IMG/VR virus record: IMGVR_UViG_3300045988_064749
Origin: a virus
Reading direction: 5' to 3' (one strand)
DNA length: 45,508 nt
The position numbers were made by a program, and so were the translations under genes. Every line of letters begins with the position of its first letter. Positions within the stretch are counted from its first letter, which is position 1. Shown here in pieces: positions 9,963 to 16,829 of the stretch. The notes under the pieces were generated by a model. The model was not told the origin of the DNA and searched no databases. It worked only from the letters and a program-made list of their open reading frames with translations.

Positions 9963-9983
9963 GTGGGGGATTCCCTCCCCCAC
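9963..9983 (+). other. GC-rich hairpin immediately downstream of the VR and target stop codon.
   Basis: gtggggga-ttccc-tcccccac forms a perfect 8-bp stem. No U-run follows. Confidence 0.6.
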
Positions 9984-10036
9984 ATAGGTGGGTGAACACG
10001 CCATATTAAAATTGAAAACACATTAAGGCGCACGGT

Positions 10037-10156
10037 AAAAGCGGGTGTTCCTACACGGCGGTAATTGGGCTAATGGGTCGGAATGCGGTCTGTTTACGGC
10101 TTATTTGTCCAACACTTCGTCTAATTCCAACACGAACATTGGCTCTCGCCTACTTT
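10037..10156 (+). repeat. DGR template repeat (TR).
   Basis: This is a non-coding copy of the VR located upstream of the RT. It retains adenines where the VR has G, T or C. Confidence 0.9.
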
Positions 10157-10271
10157 TGTTAAAAGGTAATATTCATTGGTCGCTGTTTCGCCGTACCCAT
10201 TGGTAAAAAATAGTTTGGAGGGATAGGGTTAGTAGGTTCACTCTCGAAAGCCCTATGAGAAACAAAAGCAA

Positions 10272-11369
10272 ATGAAACGCTATGGCTTTTTATACGAACA
10301 GATAGTTTCGGTCGATAACTGTAGGCTGGCTATCATAAACGCTTCCCACAAAAAGAAAAACCGAAAAATGGTGAAGAAGGTCTTCGACAATTTGGAGTAT
10401 TACGCAAACGACCTGTCGGAACGCCTGATTCACATGGATTTCCTCTCCCCGTACAAGACCCGTATCATCAAGGACGGGCTATCCGGGAAAGAGAGGGAAC
10501 TGCAAGTCCCGGCGTTCTATCCCGACCAGTGCGCTCACCACGCTATCATGCAGATTCTCAAACCGATTATTGAGAAATCCTCCTATCATTGGAGTTGCGC
10601 CAATATCCCAAACCGGGGCATTGACCTTGCTTGCAAGGGTGTGGAGCGAGCCACGATACGGGACAGGAAACACGCCAAATATTGCGTGAAAATGGACATC
10701 AGCAAGTTCTACCCGTCCATTCCACACGGCAATCTGAAAGCCCGTCTGCGGGAGAAAATCAAGGACGAAAAGGCGTTGCAGATCATCTTTAAGGTGATTG
10801 ATTCCCATGGTCCGGGGCTTCCCATCGGGAATTATACTTCCCCTTGGCTTGCAGAGCTATACCTGCAACCGCTGGATTATCTTATCAAGCAGAAGCACAG
10901 AATACGGCACTATGTCCGCTATGCTGACGATCTGGTTTTGATAGACAACAATAAGCGGAAACTGCGGAAAGCCCTCTATGACATCTTTGCGTTTGTGGAA
11001 AGCCTTGGCATGAGAGTGAAGCACGATTATCAATTATTCCGTATTCAGCGGTATTGCAAAGAGAAGAAAGACCGCAAGGGACGGAAGATTGATTTTGTGG
11101 GAAGGTGCTTCGGTATAGGTTTTACCACTATACGCAAGCGCAGGGCGTTGGCACTTATGCGGCAGAGCAGGTTTATTCAGAAGCTACAGCGGGAAAAACG
11201 CCCTGTCTCATACCGAATGGCTTCCGGGTTTTTGTCCCGGTGCGCCTGTTTTAAGCACACTGATTCCTATGCCATGCGGAAAAAGTATTATGAAACCGTC
11301 AACATCAAACAGTTAAAGGAGGTTGTCAGCAATGAGAGTAAGAGGAAATGTCTCGCCCGAATCGCTTAG
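10272..11369 (+). CDS. DGR reverse transcriptase.
   Basis: RT motifs present: MDISKFYPSI, LPIGNYTSPWLAELYL and RYADDLVLI. The gene is adjacent to the TR. The C-terminal ~110 aa are Lys/Arg-rich. Confidence 0.9.
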   Translation: MKRYGFLYEQIVSVDNCRLAIINASHKKKNRKMVKKVFDNLEYYANDLSERLIHMDFLSPYKTRIIKDGLSGKERELQVPAFYPDQCAHHAIMQILKPIIEKSSYHWSCANIPNRGIDLACKGVERATIRDRKHAKYCVKMDISKFYPSIPHGNLKARLREKIKDEKALQIIFKVIDSHGPGLPIGNYTSPWLAELYLQPLDYLIKQKHRIRHYVRYADDLVLIDNNKRKLRKALYDIFAFVESLGMRVKHDYQLFRIQRYCKEKKDRKGRKIDFVGRCFGIGFTTIRKRRALALMRQSRFIQKLQREKRPVSYRMASGFLSRCACFKHTDSYAMRKKYYETVNIKQLKEVVSNESKRKCLARIA

Positions 11370-11649
11370 TATTGAGCCGTTCGCACCCATGCCGGGGTAT
11401 GTGGAGGTTCGTCTGAGAGAGAACATCAAGGACATTACGGCGGTTGATGAAATGACCGATCAGGAAGTCCCCATGTTCGAGTATGACGAGTACACCTTCC
11501 ATCTGGCAAATAAGGAGGGTCTGCGGGAGGAAATCGAGGGTAATATGAGCGACTGGCTTATCACAGGCAGAACCCTTGAAATCAATGAGGGTGCAAGCAT
11601 TGTGCAGGATATGAAGGAAGCTCTGGAAATTGTGGGGGTGAGTTTATGA
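11332..11649 (+). CDS. Hypothetical acidic protein.
   Basis: AAGGAGG (11316-11322) lies 9 nt before the ATG. The gene overlaps the RT 3' end by 38 nt. Confidence 0.6.
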   Translation: MRVRGNVSPESLSIEPFAPMPGYVEVRLRENIKDITAVDEMTDQEVPMFEYDEYTFHLANKEGLREEIEGNMSDWLITGRTLEINEGASIVQDMKEALEIVGVSL

Positions 11650-12071
11650 ACATGATTGAACAGGCACAGGCTATCCGGGAAGCTATGGATTACGCTGGGG
11701 CAAGTCTGGACGAGGACACCGCACTGATTTGCGTTGCGCTCTACCGTCCTTGGGCGGTTGGCGTTTCTTACAAGGTAAATGATTATTTTACCTACGGCGT
11801 GAACAGCGTGGGAGACCCTCAACTCTACCGGGTAGTACAGGCGCACACTTCTCAGGCAGACTGGACTCCTGACAGCGTACCCGCTCTGTACACCCCAATC
11901 GGTCTCACCGAGGAGGGCTACCCCGTCTGGTCTCAGCCTACAGGTGGACATGACGCTTATAACACCGGGGACATTGTTCAGTACAACGGCAAGCTGTACA
12001 AGTCTCTGATTGATGGGAATGTGTGGTCTCCCGATACCTACCCGCAGGGGTGGGAGGAATATACCCCCTGA
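11646..12071 (+). CDS. Protein with two CBM5/12-like carbohydrate-binding repeats.
   Basis: ATGA overlap with the upstream gene. Two repeats are recognisable: YxVNDYFTYG...AHTSQADWTPD...ALY and YNTGDIVQYNGKLYKSLIDGNVWSPDTYPQGW. Confidence 0.6.
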   Translation: MNMIEQAQAIREAMDYAGASLDEDTALICVALYRPWAVGVSYKVNDYFTYGVNSVGDPQLYRVVQAHTSQADWTPDSVPALYTPIGLTEEGYPVWSQPTGGHDAYNTGDIVQYNGKLYKSLIDGNVWSPDTYPQGWEEYTP

Positions 12072-12104
12072 CGAGTAATCAAATTTTGTCGAAGGAGAAC
12101 CCCG

Positions 12105-12635
12105 ATGGACGAGTTTTTGAAGGTTTTTGGCGATATTACGATCTCCACCGTTGCGATTATCATTGTCGCTCTGGTGTTCCTTTGGAAGATATACAATATC
12201 GTCAAAAACCACCTGATTGAGAAGTACAAGCAGGAAGAAGAAAAAGAGAAGAAGGTGCAGAAAATCATCGAACAGGCAAGCCATTATCCAGAATGGCGGC
12301 AACAGAGCATTGACATTCAGAAAAAATTTTCTGACGCTATCGCCGCTATTGAGGTTTCTCAGCGCACCAATCTGGAAAGTTTGAACCGGCTGGCAAAGAT
12401 GATCGCCGAAAATGAAGCTACCACCTGCCGGTACAGGATTCTACGCTTCAATGATGAAATTCTGCATGACCAAAAACATACAAAAGAGCATTTCGACCAG
12501 ATTCTTGACGATGTGACCCGGTACGAAAAGTTCTGCGCCGAACACCCTGAGTACGAGAACAACAAGGCTGTTATGGCTATCGAGAACATCAAGAGGGTCT
12601 ATCAGAAATGCTCCAATGATAACACATTCTTATAA
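12105..12635 (+). CDS. N-terminally membrane-anchored protein of the lysis module, function unknown.
   Basis: GAAGGAG RBS. One TM segment (ISTVAIIIVALVFLW) is followed by a charged helical region. Confidence 0.6.
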   Translation: MDEFLKVFGDITISTVAIIIVALVFLWKIYNIVKNHLIEKYKQEEEKEKKVQKIIEQASHYPEWRQQSIDIQKKFSDAIAAIEVSQRTNLESLNRLAKMIAENEATTCRYRILRFNDEILHDQKHTKEHFDQILDDVTRYEKFCAEHPEYENNKAVMAIENIKRVYQKCSNDNTFL

Positions 12636-12649
12636 GGAGGAATGACGAA

Positions 12650-13594
12650 ATGGCATACACAAACAGTTCCTTGGTGAAGTACACCAGTCTCAGCCCGAAC
12701 CATTCCGGGCAGAGGACACACAGTATCGACAGAATCACCCCCCACTGTGTTGTGGGACAGCTTACCGCAGAGGGTATCTGCGCCTGTTTCCCGAAAGGGA
12801 GGGAAGCGAGCTGTAACTACGGTATCGGCAAGGACGGGAAAGTTGCCCTCTGCGTGGAGGAAAAGAACCGCTCTTGGTGTTCCTCCTCTGCTGAGAACGA
12901 CCAGAGGGCAGTTACCATCGAGTGCGCTTCTGACAGCACCGCCCCGTATGCGTTCAACACCGCTGTTTACAATGCCCTGATTGAACTGTGCGTGGACATC
13001 TGCAAGCGTAACGGCAAGAACAAGCTCCTGTGGCTGGGCGATAAGACCAAGACTCTGAACTACGCTCCGAAGTCCGGGGAAATGGTACTTACCGTCCACC
13101 GCTGGTTTGCCAACAAGTCCTGCCCTGGCGATTGGATGTACTCTCGCATGGGAGACCTCGCTACGACCGTCACAAAGCGTCTGAGCGGCGTTTCTGGCGG
13201 GGGTAGTACAACTACTACCCCTACGGGAAAAACACTCTACAGAGTGCGTAAGAGCTGGTCTGACGCAAAGAGTCAGATTGGTGCTTTCTCTGTTCTGGCA
13301 AACGCCAAGTCTCTGGTGGACAAGAACCCAAGCTACAAGGTCTTTGACGAGAGCGGCAAGGTAGTCTACGAGAAAGGTAGCACCTCCACTGCGTTCAAGC
13401 CTTATACAGTGCGTGTGACCGCCACAGACTTGTATATCCGCAAGGGGGCTGGCACGAACTACAGCGCAAACGGTTTTAGTAAGCCGGGTGTCTACACCAT
13501 TGTGGCAGAGTCGAGCGGTCAGGGGGCTACCAAGTGGGGCAAGCTGAAATCCGGGGCTGGCTGGATTTCCCTTGACTACGCCAAGAAGCTCTAA
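12650..13594 (+). CDS. Endolysin: N-acetylmuramoyl-L-alanine amidase (Amidase_2/PGRP-like) with C-terminal SH3b-like wall-binding repeats.
   Basis: AAGGAGG RBS. The catalytic-domain pattern is ...ITPHCVVGQ...NYGIGKDGKVALCVEE...NDQRAVTIECAS. The C-terminus has YRVRKSW...GAFS and an SH3-like KWGKLKSGAGWISLDY segment. Confidence 0.8.
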   Translation: MAYTNSSLVKYTSLSPNHSGQRTHSIDRITPHCVVGQLTAEGICACFPKGREASCNYGIGKDGKVALCVEEKNRSWCSSSAENDQRAVTIECASDSTAPYAFNTAVYNALIELCVDICKRNGKNKLLWLGDKTKTLNYAPKSGEMVLTVHRWFANKSCPGDWMYSRMGDLATTVTKRLSGVSGGGSTTTTPTGKTLYRVRKSWSDAKSQIGAFSVLANAKSLVDKNPSYKVFDESGKVVYEKGSTSTAFKPYTVRVTATDLYIRKGAGTNYSANGFSKPGVYTIVAESSGQGATKWGKLKSGAGWISLDYAKKL

Positions 13595-13893
13595 TGGCAC
13601 GGCGTAGACGGAAAAAGCAAAAACCCGCTTCGGAATTTTCTAAGAAAATTGTAGTCGTGGTTTTCTCCATCAACATCGTAGTGATTGTGTTCGCTCTCAT
13701 TATGATGTGGCGCACCTGCGACCTCTCTCCGATGGCATACCTCATTCCAGCAGTTGCCGCAGAGACCGCAACGGGGACAGGCTTCTACTACTCCAAGGCC
13801 AAGGTTGAGAACCGTATAAAGCTGATGAAGCATTACAACATCGAACCGTCCGAACAATCTTTCAACGAACAAGGAGGATATTACAATGGTTGA
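13594..13893 (+). CDS. Putative holin or small membrane protein.
   Basis: TAATG overlap with the endolysin gene. A basic N-terminus is followed by a TM segment (VVVVFSINIVVIVFALIMMW). Confidence 0.5.
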   Translation: MARRRRKKQKPASEFSKKIVVVVFSINIVVIVFALIMMWRTCDLSPMAYLIPAVAAETATGTGFYYSKAKVENRIKLMKHYNIEPSEQSFNEQGGYYNG

Positions 13894-14188
13894 TCTTACC
13901 CCTATCATCACCGCAGTGCTGACGCTGATTATCTCCCTGATTTCCGCTTTTCTGATTCCCTATATCAAGGCGAAGACCACTGACGAGCAGTTCAACACTA
14001 TCAAACTGTGGGTGCAGGTTGCCGTACAAGCCGCTGAAATGCTCTATGTGGGCAGTGGCAGAGGTGAGGAAAAGAAGAAATATGTGGTGGATTTCCTCAA
14101 CAGCAAGGGCTTCACGCTGAACACTGAGGAGATTGACAACCTCATTGAGTCCGCTGTCTTGGAGCTGAAACAGTCGCAGATGAAGTAG
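13886..14188 (+). CDS. Holin, LL-H-like.
   Basis: AAGGAGG RBS. An N-terminal TM segment (IITAVLTLIISLISAFLIPYI) is followed by an amphipathic domain ...AVQAAEMLY..G.G..K. Confidence 0.6.
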   Translation: MVDLTPIITAVLTLIISLISAFLIPYIKAKTTDEQFNTIKLWVQVAVQAAEMLYVGSGRGEEKKKYVVDFLNSKGFTLNTEEIDNLIESAVLELKQSQMK

Positions 14189-14313
14189 TTAAAGTAGTTC
14201 AAAATCGGTTTTTGCGTAAACTTTCTCTATATACGCGTGTACTATGCAAAAGTTATACGCAAAAACCAAAGAACCACTACTTCAACTACTTCTATAAGAA
14301 TAAGAAGAATAAG
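14182..14313. repeat. Palindromic repeat element, copy A (core 14182-14290 plus a shared ATAAGAATAAGAAGAA tail).
   Basis: Terminal inverted repeats GAAGTAGTTAAAGTAGT / AACTACTTCAACTACT. It aligns with copies at 32020 and 36753. It contains the holin stop codon. Confidence 0.85.
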
Positions 14314-14324
14314 TTTACAAGACA

Positions 14325-14357
14325 AGAGGAGGTAGGCCAAATCAGCCTACCTCCTCT
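14325..14357. terminator. Perfect 13-bp-stem hairpin spanning the integrase stop codon. It is a likely int terminator and an alternative attP-core candidate.
   Basis: agaggaggtaggc-caaatca-gcctacctcctct. A T-rich run follows on the minus strand. Confidence 0.55.
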
Positions 14358-15889
14358 ATATTTACCACAAACCCAAAACAATGTTTTATGAAAAACAAGG
14401 TGTTCGGATTTGCACTGTTTGGTGGAGCGGCACACGCTATATCCGAACACGAAAGCGTGGCTGTGTTTTGCCCGGAAATATTGAAAGTGAAAACGATTCT
14501 CCGTCCCTTTTTTCCATCATCGTAAACATACACCGAGTTTACCAGAGTATCTATCACTCTGCGCCGATACTCAATATCATCTATATCACCACTCTTGAAC
14601 GAGTAGAGCCAATACATTATGCGCTCTTTCGTCAGGAGTGGTTTTTTCATTTCTTCACGAGCTATTTTCCCCTCCACCTCGTTCTTTTCAAGTTCCAACT
14701 CATTCATTCTTTCCTTGATGGTGGAAGTGATAATTCCTTGCTCAATAGCGTTCATAAGGTTTTTGATTTTCTTTTTAATGTCTTTCAATTCGCTTTGAAG
14801 CCCATCAATATATGTGGTATCTGCCGATTCCTTTTCGATGATCTCCATTGCCTTTTCCGCAATGCGCTCGATGTTTTCATCGGTAAGAACTTTTTGGACG
14901 GTGAAACGCACTACCAGTTCTTCTATCCAATCTTTCTTCTCCACAGCTTTTTTACATTTACGGTTTCGTTTGCGATCAATGCACTTGTAGTAATGATGGA
15001 GCTTGCCTGATTTTGAAGTACCACTCTCACCTACCATAGCAGAGCCACAATGACCGCAAAACAGTTTGGTGGTGAGAAGATAATCGTCTTTGGCTTTCTT
15101 TCTTGCACGAGCTGAGTAATTGTGTTTAAGCATAGCCTGTACCTTATCGAACAATTCCCGGCTTATGATTGGTGGTATTCCGTCTTCCACAATGACATCT
15201 GCGAAACGATAGATTCCGATATATCTGTCATTCTTCAACATCGTTCTGAGACTGTTTTTATTAAAGGCGTTTCCCCGTGAGGTTTTGTACCCTCGTTTGT
15301 TACATTCGTTGATGATCTGAGTTGCTGACATACCATCAGCGTACATCTGAAAAATCTCTTGAACTATTTTAGCTCCTACAGGGTCAATTTTATACTTTCT
15401 ATCTTCCCCTACAATGTAACCCAATGGCATACCAGCTCCACCGTTGGCAAGACATTGTAGGGCATTTTCTTTCATACCACGCTTGATGTTGCGAGATAGA
15501 TTCTCCGAGTAGTATTCAGCATATCCCTCCAACACGGATTCAAGAATAATGCCCTCCGGGGTGTCTGGCATGGGTTGTTTGGCATAATAGACCCGCACAC
15601 CGTTCTTTTTCAGCTTTGCTTTATAGATTGCAGAGTCGTATCTGTTTCGAGCAAAACGATCAAGGGTGTACATTATCACTGCCTCAAACTGACCTTTTTC
15701 GCTGTCTTTTATAAGCCGCTGAAAGTTCGGACGGTTATCGGTTTTTCCAGAGATTGCTCTGTCGCAATACTCGCCGATAATCGTCATTCCGTTTTTTAAG
15801 GCGAAGTCGTGACACTCACGAAGCTGTCCCTCGATTGACTCCTCTCTTTGATTGTGGCTTGAGTATCGAGCATATATTACCGCTTTCGT
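14342..15889 (-). CDS. Large serine recombinase (integrase). The start is non-canonical, most likely ACG at 15889-15887.
   Basis: The catalytic N-terminus (T)KAVIYARYSSHNQREESIEGQ lies upstream of the first ATG (15787). GGAGG lies 7 nt before the ACG. A recombinase domain, a Cys-containing zinc-ribbon-like segment (CGHCG...YYKC) and a coiled coil follow. Confidence 0.85.
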   Translation of the reverse strand, partial: TKAVIYARYSSHNQREESIEGQLRECHDFALKNGMTIIGEYCDRAISGKTDNRPNFQRLIKDSEKGQFEAVIMYTLDRFARNRYDSAIYKAKLKKNGVRVYYAKQPMPDTPEGIILESVLEGYAEYYSENLSRNIKRGMKENALQCLANGGAGMPLGYIVGEDRKYKIDPVGAKIVQEIFQMYADGMSATQIINECNKRGYKTSRGNAFNKNSLRTMLKNDRYIGIYRFADVIVEDGIPPIISRELFDKVQAMLKHNYSARARKKAKDDYLLTTKLFCGHCGSAMVGESGTSKSGKLHHYYKCIDRKRNRKCKKAVEKKDWIEELVVRFTVQKVLTDENIERIAEKAMEIIEKESADTTYIDGLQSELKDIKKKIKNLMNAIEQGIITSTIKERMNELELEKNEVEGKIAREEMKKPLLTKERIMYWLYSFKSGDIDDIEYRRRVIDTLVNSVYVYDDGKKGRRIVFTFNISGQNTATLSCSDIACAAPPNSANPNTLFFIKHCFGFVVNIEEVG

Positions 15890-15910
15890 AGTATCACCTC
15901 CAATCGCTTT

Positions 15911-16300
15911 TTACGCCTGAGCAGTTCTATGGGGATTACCTTCGCTGTGTGTAGAAGATTCTTTATCCCCCTCTAATTCTTCCCTGTGTTCAAATTCATA
16001 CGCCATTGACATGAACTCATGCTTTGCCCGTCTGGAAAGCGAACGGTAAATCCTAAGAATATCTGCTTCGTCCTCATTCTGTGATTCATTTTGCGGAGCG
16101 AGGTCTTCTTCGTCCATGAAGAAATCAATGACGGAGCAATTCAAAATCTTTGCCATTTGCACCATTTCATCTTCTTTTGGAAGTGACCCTTTGTTGATGG
16201 AGCTTGTAAATGAAGACGAGCCTTTGACTTGTTTAACGACTGCCGTTAGGTTTGTGCCACGCTCAAGGCAAATACGGTTGATATTCTCTTTGAAAGACAT
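15911..16300 (-). CDS. XRE-family HTH repressor (CI-like).
   Basis: N-terminal HTH (RICLERGTNLTAVVKQVKGSSSFTSSINKGSLP). The gene is divergent from a cro-like gene and sits immediately upstream of int. Confidence 0.75.
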   Translation of the reverse strand: MSFKENINRICLERGTNLTAVVKQVKGSSSFTSSINKGSLPKEDEMVQMAKILNCSVIDFFMDEEDLAPQNESQNEDEADILRIYRSLSRRAKHEFMSMAYEFEHREELEGDKESSTHSEGNPHRTAQA

Positions 16301-16349
16301 TGAAATTCTCCTTACACAAATTTTAATTCTGATTTTTTGAATTTGCCTA

Positions 16350-16378
16350 TTGACAATTCGTTAAAGAAGAATTATAAT
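16350..16378 (+). promoter_or_regulatory. Consensus sigma-A/sigma-70 promoter (early/lytic, rightward).
   Basis: TTGACA (16350-16355), 17-nt spacer, TATAAT (16373-16378). Confidence 0.75.
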
Positions 16379-16407
16379 AAGACCAAGAAGTTCGGGAATT
16401 ACGAATT
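16355..16407. promoter_or_regulatory. Two operator-like 19-bp palindromes (16355-16373 and 16389-16407).
   Basis: AATTCG-N7-AGAATT and AGTTCG-N7-CGAATT. The same palindrome type recurs at 32996-33014 and 39204-39222. Confidence 0.55.
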
Positions 16408-16478
16408 GACAATAAGAAACCAGCCCCCTCGAAAGTGCCAATTTCAAGGAGGGACAAGGATTGAGTAGTCCTATAAGA

Positions 16479-16507
16479 ATAATAACATCAATTCGCTTTG
16501 TTGTCAA
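16479..16507 (-). promoter_or_regulatory. Consensus promoter reading leftward toward the repressor and integrase.
   Basis: Minus strand reads TTGACA (16507-16502), 17-nt spacer, TATTAT (16484-16479). Confidence 0.65.
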
Positions 16508-16547
16508 GATAATTCCTGATTTCTGAACTGTGAAAGGAGGTAAAAGC

Positions 16548-16742
16548 ATGAGTCATATTCAAGAACGAATGAAAAAGCTCGGTGTCAAGCAGGTGGATTT
16601 GATTCTTGAACTGCGTAAGCGAGGTATCACAGTTCAGCCGCCCGAAATGTCGAGCATAATTCGAGGGGTCTACACTTACCCCAAGGCAACGGTTGTTCTA
16701 AATGAATGTGACAAAATCCTCACTGAATACAAGTCTCACTGA
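16548..16742 (+). CDS. Cro-like small DNA-binding protein.
   Basis: AAAGGAGG RBS. 64 aa. It is the first gene of the rightward operon, opposite the repressor. Confidence 0.6.
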   Translation: MSHIQERMKKLGVKQVDLILELRKRGITVQPPEMSSIIRGVYTYPKATVVLNECDKILTEYKSH

Positions 16743-16829
16743 CTCGCAAGTATCAGACCTCGCACGACCATTGATGGGTATTTTGCAGAAGTTCTACGAA
16801 GACCCGAAGAATGAGGAGGATTTTCAAAA

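Larger units (their letters stand above)
8016..11369 (+). mobile_element. Diversity-generating retroelement cassette (target-VR, hairpin, TR, RT; no avd).
   Basis: This is the combination of the four preceding features. Confidence 0.85.

Noticed and set aside
9669-10004. Small ORFs on both strands overlapping the VR and its hairpin (9669-10004 on the minus strand, 9748-9987 on the plus strand, 9751-9999 on the minus strand).
   Set aside because: They overlap the well-supported target-gene C-terminus, lack RBSs and are too GC-hairpin-derived to be credible. None resembles Avd.
11332-11649. Candidate Avd (accessory variability determinant) next to the RT.
   Set aside because: The protein is strongly acidic and does not look like the basic four-helix-bundle Avd. 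No other small ORF lies between the target gene and the RT.
14182-14290. The palindromic elements as hairpin telomere or protelomerase sites, or as tRNA-like genes.
   Set aside because: No protelomerase gene is present. The genome closes as a circle. The elements lack tRNA cloverleaf features (no acceptor/T-arm pattern).
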